Of a stretch of DNA of 64,000 bases, positions 8,567 through 17,945 are shown one piece after another. Made by a program: the position numbers and the translations under genes. How positions within the stretch are numbered: position 1 is the first letter of the stretch; the number at the start of each line of letters is the position of its first letter. The stretch is from a virus (taxonomy: Duplodnaviria; Caudoviricetes): positions 11,655 through 75,654 of the IMG/VR virus record IMGVR_UViG_3300005805_000074, one strand, 5' to 3'. Below the pieces are notes generated by a model that did no database searches, was not told the DNA's origin, and saw nothing but the letters and a program-made list of their open reading frames with translations.

Positions 8567-9367
8567 TCAATTCTCTAGTGGATATATCTGCACGGAAGCG
8601 TAAATATTACTTTGTACGGACGGAGATGTATTTTCTAGTATATATCCAACACGATTACTTCCAACGGGATATGTTTCTAGATTGTACGCTTGTAATACTG
8701 GAGTAATTCTATATAAATATGATGCACTATCGTATAACAAGTCACAAATTATAGATGACCCTGTTGCTGATGCGGTATCAAATTTTCTATTTTTTTCTGA
8801 GTTTGGAATGTCGCTAATAGGTCTAGAATATAATCTTAGTCGTACACTTGAACTTTCCGAATATGACCCAATAATCAAAAACGATTTTGGACTTGCAATA
8901 TTTCCCGAACTTGTTGCAAATCCAGCTAAATTTACTCCAGGATACGCGGGAATATTGATAAATGTTCTACTAGATGTGTTTAATTCTATTGGATAATACT
9001 CTATTGATAATTCATTGTTTACACTGTTTTCTATATTATACCATGTGTTATTTTCATTACCATGACTAGTAGCTATAATTGGTGGGGTAAATTCAATAAA
9101 TCTATCCCCAGAGGTTAGTCCGGCATCTAAATTTAAAGCAACAGATGCACTATAATCAAACGAACTAGTAGATCTTGCGGAATCAATAGATACACTTCCC
9201 GATGTACCATATAACCGAACTCTACAATCTTGTGATGACGAAATGTTTAATAAAATATATGATGCCCCTAAATACACACTTCCTTGTGTACTTGGGGTAG
9301 TGCTTGATACTGTTACTACTTTTCGTGTAAATCTAGACCCACTTTGTATTTGTTCTATTAGTCCCAT
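8567..9367 (-). CDS. Hypothetical Ser-rich putative virion protein with a two-fold internal repeat
   Basis: SYILL...CRVRLYG and SFLII...SVRLRLYS halves; SD GAGG; late-type motif upstream. Confidence 0.65.
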   Translation of the reverse strand: MGLIEQIQSGSRFTRKVVTVSSTTPSTQGSVYLGASYILLNISSSQDCRVRLYGTSGSVSIDSARSTSSFDYSASVALNLDAGLTSGDRFIEFTPPIIATSHGNENNTWYNIENSVNNELSIEYYPIELNTSSRTFINIPAYPGVNLAGFATSSGNIASPKSFLIIGSYSESSSVRLRLYSRPISDIPNSEKNRKFDTASATGSSIICDLLYDSASYLYRITPVLQAYNLETYPVGSNRVGYILENTSPSVQSNIYASVQIYPLEN

Positions 9368-9429
9368 ATTATTCCTCTAAAGTACTACTATAAGTATCAT
9401 AAACTGAAATAAATATGTATTAATTTACC

Positions 9430-9669
9430 CTATTTACTCCACTTACTTTTTGGACACGCTTCGGTTCCTGCCTTAGGACTATATATTTTTTTTGATATAG
9501 GACACCCACAAGCTCCACAAATATAAGTTTTAATCAAATCTTTAAACTGTTTGTGTTCGCATAATTCACATATACTTGCACGATATTCCGCCGTTTCTTT
9601 TTGTTCTGGAGTTGGATTGGATGCTCGGTGCCAAGCAACAACTATTTCAGATATACTAGGGATTTGCAT
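9430..9669 (-). CDS. Small Cys-rich putative zinc-binding protein
   Basis: RASICELC ... CGACGC ... CP pattern. Confidence 0.65.
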   Translation of the reverse strand: MQIPSISEIVVAWHRASNPTPEQKETAEYRASICELCEHKQFKDLIKTYICGACGCPISKKIYSPKAGTEACPKSKWSK

Positions 9670-9672
9670 AAT

Positions 9673-10353
9673 TTATACGGAATATTGTAATGAGTAATTA
9701 TATACTTTATAATCGTCATAGAACAAATATTCTATCATTTTTATAAATTTACCGTCATTCATGTCTAGGTGTTCTAGATGTTTCTTTTTTATATTTCCTA
9801 TTTTTTGTATTTTCGATGTATCTATTCCGAAAGTTTGCTGTAACCACATATTGAACTTATTTAAATTTTCATAATAAAACCAGGTCATTTTTGGATGATA
9901 TGCCCAATGTACTTGTGTTTTAAAAAACGCATCATAATATGCGGTGTAGTCTACACCAAATATTTGTTTAAACGATAAATTATTTCGAGGAACACAGTTT
10001 GTATGGAAATTATCATATATAAATTCCACTAATCTATCAATATTGTCGAGTGGTAATTTACCTGGATGGTTAATACAATCTAAAGTACTACATTCAGAAT
10101 TTATATCTGCCAAATGATTTAAAGCAGAAATAAATCTTGTAACGGGATGACGAACTATTGTAAATCCAGAATAGTTTTTGTTATGATGGGTATATAGTTG
10201 TTCAAATGTAAAATGAAAATGTAATGAATAATCTTTACTTTCAATATTTTCACCATTGCGAGAAACTAATATTTTTGAATAGGCTCTAGTTCCAGTTTTT
10301 GGAATTTTTACCCAAATCCATTTAGAATCATTAATTTTAGAAGATATTATCAT
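9673..10353 (-). CDS. Sulfotransferase family 2-like protein
   Basis: WVKIPKTGTRA (5'-PSB loop) and FTIVRHPVTRFISA (3'-PB) motifs. Confidence 0.75.
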   Translation of the reverse strand: MIISSKINDSKWIWVKIPKTGTRAYSKILVSRNGENIESKDYSLHFHFTFEQLYTHHNKNYSGFTIVRHPVTRFISALNHLADINSECSTLDCINHPGKLPLDNIDRLVEFIYDNFHTNCVPRNNLSFKQIFGVDYTAYYDAFFKTQVHWAYHPKMTWFYYENLNKFNMWLQQTFGIDTSKIQKIGNIKKKHLEHLDMNDGKFIKMIEYLFYDDYKVYNYSLQYSV

Positions 10354-11056
10354 TTTCTAACCGCCATATTATATTATCGGCAATTACTCTGTGACAAGTT
10401 TTGGACGGGTGATAATCTTTTCTTGGTTTTTTAAAATTGGCATAATCTGTAGCTATAGTCAATTCTGGTCTTGAATTTTCTTCTGGTCTTTTTTGTAATG
10501 GAATATCCTGTAAATTTGCAATACATTCAAATGTTTCGTCTTTATATTTTAAACGAATTAAATTATTGAATGACCATGTACAACTCTTTACGGTTTCTAA
10601 CGTGTCTTCCGGCCATTGAAGTATATACACTGGGAACTTATGTGTATAACTTTCTAAAAATTTTAATACTGATAATGTATCTTCTGTTTTATTTTGTTCT
10701 ATATATTCGTCTAATGTGACATTATTTTTTTCTAACCATTCTTTTAAATAAGCATTATGACGATGATTCATTAAATCAATATGGGAAACATTAGGTAGAA
10801 TTTTACTATCACTTCTAGCCCATCTAGTTAATTGAAATACAAAAACATCCACACTATTATTTTTTAGATATTCTTCCCACCAAGATATAATCTTCGTATG
10901 AGAACCACCACGAAATGACTGATTTATAGTGTTAACATTAAAATGATTACCAACTAGAGTAGAAAATCTACTTAATGTATTCGTACCGTCATAATACTCT
11001 AGACCGTCACCATATGTAAATGAACATCCTGCAAACCCAATATTTTTATCTAACAT
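10337..11056 (-). CDS. SGNH/GDSL-fold protein
   Basis: AGCSFTYGDG block I, RGGS block II, DYHPSKTCHRVIAD block V; start placed at ATG 11056. Confidence 0.65.
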   Translation of the reverse strand: MLDKNIGFAGCSFTYGDGLEYYDGTNTLSRFSTLVGNHFNVNTINQSFRGGSHTKIISWWEEYLKNNSVDVFVFQLTRWARSDSKILPNVSHIDLMNHRHNAYLKEWLEKNNVTLDEYIEQNKTEDTLSVLKFLESYTHKFPVYILQWPEDTLETVKSCTWSFNNLIRLKYKDETFECIANLQDIPLQKRPEENSRPELTIATDYANFKKPRKDYHPSKTCHRVIADNIIWRLENDNIF

Positions 11057-11057
11057 T

Positions 11058-12572
11058 TTAGCAACAGAATCCTCCACAACAAAATCCACCCTTACCACAG
11101 TCTCCATTATAATAACAAGCAAGAGTTACAAGAAGAACAGTATTTTCATTTTCATCTAAAGTAAGATACTGTTCTGACTCTATTTCATCTAGTTCAGTTG
11201 CTGCTGTTTCGTACACTCCTATGACATAATGACTATAATATTTGTTGTTATTGTTATCAGTGGATGTAATTTGTAAACGATATTTTCCAACTTCCACAGT
11301 TTCATCTGGAGATACCGACACAGTAAGTGTTCCGTCTACATATGATGCAGTTATCCACGGAAATGCTTTATAAAAAATATTTGGGTCTTCATATGTAGTT
11401 GCATCAATATATTCTGCATTTGATATACTATTTATTGCACTAAATGTTAAAGTACTGGTGGTGTTTCTTTGTACTGGAAATAAAGTACCTACTGGCGTAT
11501 TCCAAATTAATCTGTTTCCTAAATATAATGTTTTAATAAGTCTGTTTGGAGTAGTGTTATAAATAGTTTCGTTACGGAACAACATATCTTCCGATGCGTT
11601 GTTTAATACTAATGTTTGTATTTGTTGTGCAGATAAAGTAGGGTTATCAACAATATATTGTGAAACCACACCAGATACTATGGCCGCGGCCACAGAAGTT
11701 CCTGAGATAGTTTCATATGTGTTGAATCGATTTGCCACAAGTACATTGATACCAGGTGCGGTAATATCCACTTCCGAACCCCAATTACTTATTCCCACTC
11801 CACCAGGCACCCACGATACCACTCGGTCGTATGCGTCTGATGCAGCAACGCCTAACACAGTATCCAACCCTACAGGTGATAATGTATCTGCATCAATACC
11901 AGTGTTACCTGCCGCGGCAACAACAACTAATCCGGCGTTTTGTAATTCTGTAATTTTAGTATCTAGTAACCTACTCTTTGGTACAGTCCATGAACAATTA
12001 ACAACTTTTATACCTGGAGTTTGTAAATGGTCTGCAAGAACCGCGTCAAACGCCTTTAATAGTTCACCAACTGTGGTAGATTCTAGTGGAATTTTTACAT
12101 TCTTAACAATTGCATTTTTTGCCACACCAACGGTTTTACCATTAATTAAACTGGCCATAGAAGTACCGTGTCCTACTATATCAGTGTAAAACCCGTCGTG
12201 AGAATATAAATGCACTACTGTAGATTCAGAAAATTCATCCACACTTACATCTATACCAGAGTCCATGAGATACACAACACAACCATCACCATAATTTACT
12301 GGATTGTAGGTTTGACGCATAGGAAGTGTTGGGGATACTAATCGTAACAGATGCCACGAAGAATGTGGTGTTACTGTTATGCCCTCATCTACTTCAACAA
12401 AAACAACTCCCGAAATAGCTTCGATGGTAGAACTTTCCACCTCATCGGACACTTCTAGTCCAATAACATTAAGACTTTGTAATGTGTAAACAACCGTTCC
12501 GTGTGTACTTAATGTTGTAGTTAGTATCTCAACATTGGTATCAGGAGAATATGAAATATTAAAGGTTTTCAT
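11058..12572 (-). CDS. Subtilisin-like S8 serine protease with a propeptide and a Cys-rich C-terminal tail
   Basis: Catalytic triad motifs YLMDSGID, GHGTSMAS and SGTSVAA; AAAGN oxyanion motif; I9-like N-terminus. Confidence 0.92.
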   Translation of the reverse strand: MKTFNISYSPDTNVEILTTTLSTHGTVVYTLQSLNVIGLEVSDEVESSTIEAISGVVFVEVDEGITVTPHSSWHLLRLVSPTLPMRQTYNPVNYGDGCVVYLMDSGIDVSVDEFSESTVVHLYSHDGFYTDIVGHGTSMASLINGKTVGVAKNAIVKNVKIPLESTTVGELLKAFDAVLADHLQTPGIKVVNCSWTVPKSRLLDTKITELQNAGLVVVAAAGNTGIDADTLSPVGLDTVLGVAASDAYDRVVSWVPGGVGISNWGSEVDITAPGINVLVANRFNTYETISGTSVAAAIVSGVVSQYIVDNPTLSAQQIQTLVLNNASEDMLFRNETIYNTTPNRLIKTLYLGNRLIWNTPVGTLFPVQRNTTSTLTFSAINSISNAEYIDATTYEDPNIFYKAFPWITASYVDGTLTVSVSPDETVEVGKYRLQITSTDNNNNKYYSHYVIGVYETAATELDEIESEQYLTLDENENTVLLVTLACYYNGDCGKGGFCCGGFCC

Positions 12573-12592
12573 GAACTATTCCTAAAAATGGG

Positions 12593-13162
12593 TTACTGTT
12601 CGTCAACTATATTTAATGTGGATGCTGCCCACGCTCTTTCCATACAAAAATAACAACCATTACATCTTTCCAAACCAGGCAAACCGCATGACCTAGTTAA
12701 TTTTAGTAAATCAAGTATATCTTCCTCTATATACATACTTAGTATTTCTACTTTATCTATGTCTATAAACGGTCGTAAATGGTACTCATTTAGTGGAGCC
12801 CCACGTACTGGTGGAGTGTCGCCTGGAATATAAACCGTTGGGGTAAAATGTGTTACAACTTTATTACATCCTGTTAGTACTACTCCTGGATATACACTTA
12901 AGATACGTTCCACCGCATCTCTAATAAACATCCCTTGCTGTTTTATACGAGAAATTTTATATCTATCACCAAACTTGTTTTTAAAATACTGACTTATTGG
13001 AACTATCAATTTATTAAATATTACTTCATCATTATTCATTATATGACACACAACAGGTACATCATTATACTTTAAAACCAAATATGTCAGTAGTGCACTA
13101 TCCGCCCCACCAGACATCAAAATATTTGTGTTTTCACACTCTTTTGGTATGTAAACTTTCAT
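12593..13162 (-). CDS. PP-loop ATPase, QueC-like (short)
   Basis: LMSGGADSAL PP-loop; C-terminal SC-x7-CNGCYFC zinc motif. Confidence 0.65.
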   Translation of the reverse strand: MKVYIPKECENTNILMSGGADSALLTYLVLKYNDVPVVCHIMNNDEVIFNKLIVPISQYFKNKFGDRYKISRIKQQGMFIRDAVERILSVYPGVVLTGCNKVVTHFTPTVYIPGDTPPVRGAPLNEYHLRPFIDIDKVEILSMYIEEDILDLLKLTRSCGLPGLERCNGCYFCMERAWAASTLNIVDEQ

Positions 13163-13176
13163 AGTATAAATATCAG

Positions 13177-13947
13177 TTATAATCCCATTTCCTTCCGAAT
13201 TTGGGTGGCGCTAATGGACTCAGTTTGGGGGTCTAAGTCAATCTTTTCTACCTTATACCCCACGTCCCGACCATAGTAGACACCCGTAATGTTCGGAAGT
13301 GCCATAATAAGGTACTTCCCCTGATACTTTGTTTCCAATTTGGCATGTATTCCCTTCACTACATCCAGAAAGTTAAATGGGTTCTTTTCATCCAGACCAT
13401 ATGTGTCCCGAACCCCGATAAGTACTTGTCCTTCCTTTTCTAGAATCTTCTCAAACAGTTTAAGGTGACCATCGTGAAATGGTTGGAAACGACCAATCAT
13501 CAGTCCGGTGGATGATTGATATTTAAACCTTACACTTAGTTGTCGAACCAGTTCGATAATGGGTAGTATTTGTTCTTCTACATTTCCCCATTCCGTAATG
13601 ATGAAATTCACACTATCCGGGTCTGGTCGTTCAAATACCTTGTTGGTATCCTCAAATCGTCCCGCATCAATCGTATCCATAAAGATTGTAAGATGTGCAT
13701 TAAATATTTTTCTAGTATGTTCAGTGGGACATACAAAATCTACTACAGATACCCGTGGGCTACTGATTTCACACAACTTACTCATTCGTTTGGCTTGCCT
13801 ATGCCGACCGTCATCCGAAAAATCCCAATCATTGAACATCTTTCGTACTTCGTCTGCGTTGAAATAAGCGGCACCTAGTTTTTCTGCCAGTATCTTTGCA
13901 AATGTGGTCTTTCCAGACCCCGGTAATCCCATAACCAAAATTTTCAT
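13177..13947 (-). CDS. Adenylylsulfate-kinase-like domain fused to an HxGH nucleotidyltransferase domain
   Basis: GLPGSGKTT P-loop, NADEVRK, DFVCP and FERP; then IGRFQPFHDGH and ISATQIRK. Confidence 0.85.
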   Translation of the reverse strand: MKILVMGLPGSGKTTFAKILAEKLGAAYFNADEVRKMFNDWDFSDDGRHRQAKRMSKLCEISSPRVSVVDFVCPTEHTRKIFNAHLTIFMDTIDAGRFEDTNKVFERPDPDSVNFIITEWGNVEEQILPIIELVRQLSVRFKYQSSTGLMIGRFQPFHDGHLKLFEKILEKEGQVLIGVRDTYGLDEKNPFNFLDVVKGIHAKLETKYQGKYLIMALPNITGVYYGRDVGYKVEKIDLDPQTESISATQIRKEMGL

Positions 13948-14168
13948 AATACCGTCCTGTCGTTTTTTAATCCGTATCGTATCCAGTTATACCATACTCG
14001 TTCGTGTATAAAGTAAATCAAGGGTTTTATTATTAATTCAATAAAACCCATACTACCAGCTATAGTTAAATTTCTAGTAAATATATACGAAATTACCACC
14101 GTTGTCAAGGTACCTAGTATTCTATATGTAACTGTCTTTGCGATGTGTCGTTTTATATGTAAAGTCAT
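13944..14168 (-). CDS. DUF2061-like small membrane protein
   Basis: RHIAKTVTYRILGT ... YFIHERVWYNWIRYG. Confidence 0.8.
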   Translation of the reverse strand: MTLHIKRHIAKTVTYRILGTLTTVVISYIFTRNLTIAGSMGFIELIIKPLIYFIHERVWYNWIRYGLKNDRTVL

Positions 14169-14794
14169 ATTAAATTTTCTTGTTGTAAGCAGTCGTCGTA
14201 TAATTGATTAAATGCATCTATGTCCTCTAACATATCCTCATCTTTTATTTCATAGGGTTCATATTTGTATTTTGTACCCATATATGGTAATTGTATAATA
14301 TTCATAAACTCTTCTGAGTTATTAATAATATATCTATCAGAAAACTGATAATCACACTCGTATCTAAATGTCATATGTTCTGTATAATGTTGTAATCTTT
14401 GTATTATTTCTTGTTTAGTGATTACTAGTGACCCTGTATATTTTTTTCTTTTACTTTTATCTAGAAAAGTATCTGTTTGTTTAGCTACCAATACTTTTAA
14501 TATTTGTTTTCGTAAATCCTCTGGATAAATGAATATGGTTTTGTACTCACTTTCTATGATGCGAGTTACCATATTAAAATCATGACTAGATATTATTTTA
14601 ATTAATGGTAATGGAGAACTACTCATTATTTTTTTAAATCTATCTTCTATCTGTTCTTTGTTATATGAACGAGGATTGAATGCAGAAAACTTACCTATTG
14701 AAGAATACAAAGGATTTTGAAACATCAACGATTGATTTAATAAATGCCATGTATATGTACTAGCACTTCTTGGTAAAGATATAATACAATACAT
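14165..14794 (-). CDS. Sulfotransferase-like (P-loop fold) protein
   Basis: N-terminal IISLPRSASTY, resembling the PRSGST PAPS-binding loop. Confidence 0.55.
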   Translation of the reverse strand: MYCIISLPRSASTYTWHLLNQSLMFQNPLYSSIGKFSAFNPRSYNKEQIEDRFKKIMSSSPLPLIKIISSHDFNMVTRIIESEYKTIFIYPEDLRKQILKVLVAKQTDTFLDKSKRKKYTGSLVITKQEIIQRLQHYTEHMTFRYECDYQFSDRYIINNSEEFMNIIQLPYMGTKYKYEPYEIKDEDMLEDIDAFNQLYDDCLQQENLI

Positions 14795-14800
14795 TTGTGT

Positions 14801-15580
14801 TTACCGTGGTTTGTACCCGTAATCTTCTCCACCATTTCCTACGAAATGTCCGTCCCACGTTTCCTCTTCGTATAATTTGTGGTGAGAATATTCGTTTGAT
14901 TTGTATGTACTTCTGTGTGGTGGATTTTCTTTGTCTGGTTCTGATGTACTAATATAGTAAAAGAATCTAATCGCACATCGACCAATATCTTCTGGTGCGT
15001 TTACTGCACTCACACGATGATATGGTCCGTGTCTAACATTTTCATTAATAACAAACCTATTAAACCGTGGTGCAACAGATTCAATAAGTACGGCGTCAGA
15101 ATTGATATCAATATTGTCAGTATAATATTGTATGTGACCACCCCATTCATCCTTCCAATCAGGTGTAATATATAACAAAGAAGTTAACTTTCTGTGTAGA
15201 CGAATACGGTCATTCCAATTAAAATCATAATGACATCCAAGAGTATTTCCATTTCTGATAATAGAATACCCGGCACCAACTAAATGTGGGTCAGGTAATA
15301 ATCCTGTAATACCAGTCATTTGTTCTAGTTCATATAGAAACTCACCAGAGTGCATAATATCATAAGTGACTCTATGTGCAGTAGGAAGAGAAATTAAATC
15401 ATTGAATTCTTCCATACGTGACCCTGCACGGGTGAACACTGTCCATCCACCTTTAGGGGCATTCATGCACTCTTCATATAGTGCATATGCGGTATCTTCG
15501 TCTAAAAAGTTATCAACTTTTGTTCTACCAAATCCATACTTTGTTTTATTAGTATCCCATTCTGTTTTTTTATTTATCAT
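14801..15580 (-). CDS. 2OG-Fe(II) oxygenase (prolyl-hydroxylase-like)
   Basis: HYD ... LLYI..DW..EWGG ... YHRV ... R..IRFFY; start placed at ATG 15580. Confidence 0.85.
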   Translation of the reverse strand: MINKKTEWDTNKTKYGFGRTKVDNFLDEDTAYALYEECMNAPKGGWTVFTRAGSRMEEFNDLISLPTAHRVTYDIMHSGEFLYELEQMTGITGLLPDPHLVGAGYSIIRNGNTLGCHYDFNWNDRIRLHRKLTSLLYITPDWKDEWGGHIQYYTDNIDINSDAVLIESVAPRFNRFVINENVRHGPYHRVSAVNAPEDIGRCAIRFFYYISTSEPDKENPPHRSTYKSNEYSHHKLYEEETWDGHFVGNGGEDYGYKPR

Positions 15581-15582
15581 AA

Positions 15583-15924
15583 CTATTTCCAAAGTAAACT
15601 GACAAGAATTATGGTTAATGCAAGAAGTAATTGAACAAAGGTTTTTCCCGTAAACGGTTGACCAAAATGGTACGGATATAATATAGCAGCAACTATAATT
15701 CCTGTCACGAAGAACAAGAAACGGTTGGACCACATTTCCCCATTAAATGCCTTAACACCATAATGAGATGCGGTTATCCACACAAACGCAGAAATAGAAC
15801 CCAGTAAATATGGCCATGGAGTTTTAATCCAGTTTGGATTTTTAAACTGCCAATACATTATGTACCAATGTGTGAATGACCCCACAAAGAACAATCCAAA
15901 CGAATAAAGTAAATTAATTATCAT
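15583..15924 (-). CDS. Small integral membrane protein (about 4 TM, SMR/DMT-like size)
   Basis: Four hydrophobic stretches in 113 aa. Confidence 0.6.
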   Translation of the reverse strand: MIINLLYSFGLFFVGSFTHWYIMYWQFKNPNWIKTPWPYLLGSISAFVWITASHYGVKAFNGEMWSNRFLFFVTGIIVAAILYPYHFGQPFTGKTFVQLLLALTIILVSLLWK

Positions 15925-16562
15925 ATATAGTCCTTATATATTTTTTGCTGTCGTAAATCTTTGTACAACCAACTACCACCTACAGACGGATTATTGTCTT
16001 TAATTTTTCCAGAATGAAATATTTCTAGTCCTCGTTTTGCTTGTTCTGGGGTCATGTACATATGCCACCCAATACATTCAAACTCATCCTCAGTATACAT
16101 GGTATATTTATGCCGTCCATCGTATATCATAGGCCGAGCCCAGTTTTCAAACTTTTCATCATTTGTTAATATCATTCCACCCGTTCCTATGTTTATTATT
16201 TTTTTAAGGTGAAATGATAATATCATAAATTTATCTTCGTAACCAACTGACATATTTTTCCATAATCCTGTCGCGGCATCTACTATGGGTGTTCCACCCA
16301 ATTCATAGATACCGTCCCATTCATAATCTTCAAACTTAAGTTTATTACCACTTAGTATGATTTGATTAGGTACAGAAACATAAGTTCTCGCTGGAACTAT
16401 AATGGTTTCATTTATTATATTAAGATAGTGTAGTACTAATCGTATAGCATTGGTGTTAGAGTCGCACGCTACCGCGTGTTTATACCCCGTGTAACTTTTC
16501 AACTCATTTTCAAAATGAGTTACCCAATCCCACGAATCAGTTACCAAGTATTTCTTTAGCAT
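15921..16562 (-). CDS. DegT/DnrJ/EryC1/StrS PLP aminotransferase (short form)
   Basis: FENEL..YTG..HAVACDSNTNA, VPARTYVSV, VDAA, SFHLKK..IGTGGMILTND. Confidence 0.85.
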   Translation of the reverse strand: MLKKYLVTDSWDWVTHFENELKSYTGYKHAVACDSNTNAIRLVLHYLNIINETIIVPARTYVSVPNQIILSGNKLKFEDYEWDGIYELGGTPIVDAATGLWKNMSVGYEDKFMILSFHLKKIINIGTGGMILTNDEKFENWARPMIYDGRHKYTMYTEDEFECIGWHMYMTPEQAKRGLEIFHSGKIKDNNPSVGGSWLYKDLRQQKIYKDYI

Positions 16563-17739
16563 TTCTATTTATTGTTTCGTAGTTAGTAGATTTTAAAACA
16601 CTCATCAACACATAATGATTTCTCAGTAATCTAGGCGCATTGTTCCAATAGAACTCATGTAATTCTTTATAAGACATATTTTTTATGATTCCTAGATTTT
16701 TATCTAGTGACGAATATAATTCACTTCTACTATTTACTGGTGTATTGTCAAACAAGTCATCAAACATATCAAATCCAAGACTTCTCAAATATTCAACTAA
16801 ACTAGGTTGTCCGAATATTAAAGGAATGTTATATGCTGCGAATGCCTTGAATGATTTTTCAGATAAAGAAACTAAATTTGTGTTTTCAAAATAATTTGTT
16901 TCTGAATTTATTGATATGTAACTTTGCATCGCATATGTCGGTGGAATTATAAACGGTGTTTCAAATAATCCAGGTTTATAATATCCATCATAAGTTTCTA
17001 ACAGATGAGGAATCTCAAAAGTAGATAATTCTCGTTCTAACTCCTCAACTGATATATTTAACCACTCGGCGGTTTCTTGTATTTTTTCTGGTTGTTTCAG
17101 GTATCCAGTAAAATCTAGATACGAAACAAATCCATCATTAAGTAGATTATGTTTATTGAGTAATTGATATGCTAAAAATCTAAAAGGCTTATGCACCCCA
17201 GTAAAAAAGTTATATTTTTTATATCTTCTAATTTTGTGATGCATACGATGCATACTTTCTATCATTCCCATATTTTTTTGTAAGTATAAATTTACCATAT
17301 AATATGGAAATACTTTGTTACGTAACTGTTTCGCATCACTAGTGGTAAATGAATTTATTATGTATGCGGCGTTCTGCAGTTCGGCGGTTCTACTGTTTAA
17401 CAATAATGTGAAATCTAATTCATCATAAAAAAATATAAAAAATATATTAGGGTATCTTTTACATAAATCTTCATCGTAATTAATTAGTTTAGCCTTGTAT
17501 GTGAAACAGTCGAAATCGCAAGCAAATATTTTAATATCTGGGTTTTCTTGTAATATTTTTTCCACAGTTTCTACATCTATCCGTTCTTCATCATTGTGTA
17601 TATGATGCACTTTTGTTGGTTGGTCTTTAAACAAAAAATCTGTAATAACATATTCCAAGTTTACATACTGGAATGGTCGGTCTACCATATCTTTAAAGTA
17701 ATTAAACTTCATCTTGTTTCTATTTAAAACATATATCAT
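16537..17739 (-). CDS. Glycosyltransferase-like protein (GT10-like C-terminal motif family, copy 1)
   Basis: SYISINSETNY...LSEKSFKAF...PLIFG...LRSLGFDMFDDLFD. Confidence 0.5.
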   Translation of the reverse strand: MIYVLNRNKMKFNYFKDMVDRPFQYVNLEYVITDFLFKDQPTKVHHIHNDEERIDVETVEKILQENPDIKIFACDFDCFTYKAKLINYDEDLCKRYPNIFFIFFYDELDFTLLLNSRTAELQNAAYIINSFTTSDAKQLRNKVFPYYMVNLYLQKNMGMIESMHRMHHKIRRYKKYNFFTGVHKPFRFLAYQLLNKHNLLNDGFVSYLDFTGYLKQPEKIQETAEWLNISVEELERELSTFEIPHLLETYDGYYKPGLFETPFIIPPTYAMQSYISINSETNYFENTNLVSLSEKSFKAFAAYNIPLIFGQPSLVEYLRSLGFDMFDDLFDNTPVNSRSELYSSLDKNLGIIKNMSYKELHEFYWNNAPRLLRNHYVLMSVLKSTNYETINRNAKEILGN

Positions 17740-17945
17740 TTTACATATCTCCCATACTTTATATTACTCCATACTCTTTCAAAGAAATAAAATGCAAAGA
17801 ATCCAGTTATATTCATGTAGATAGCATTTAATAAATTACTATCTGTCAAGTGTATGGTTAGTATCAAAAATGAATTTAGTACCGCGACCAATCTCCAACT
17901 AATAGTTTTAATTATAGTTCTTTTTTTAGTTTCTACTATTGTCAT
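17736..17945 (-). CDS. DUF2061-like small membrane protein
   Basis: RTIIKTISWRLVA ... FYFFERVWSNIKYG. Confidence 0.8.
   Translation of the reverse strand: MTIVETKKRTIIKTISWRLVAVLNSFLILTIHLTDSNLLNAIYMNITGFFAFYFFERVWSNIKYGRYVK

Noticed and set aside
11058-13162. Classical RiPP (lanthipeptide, lasso or sactipeptide) cluster around the subtilase
   Set aside because: No separate precursor, LanB/C/M, RRE or exporter is recognisable; only the weaker Cys-tail observation is kept.
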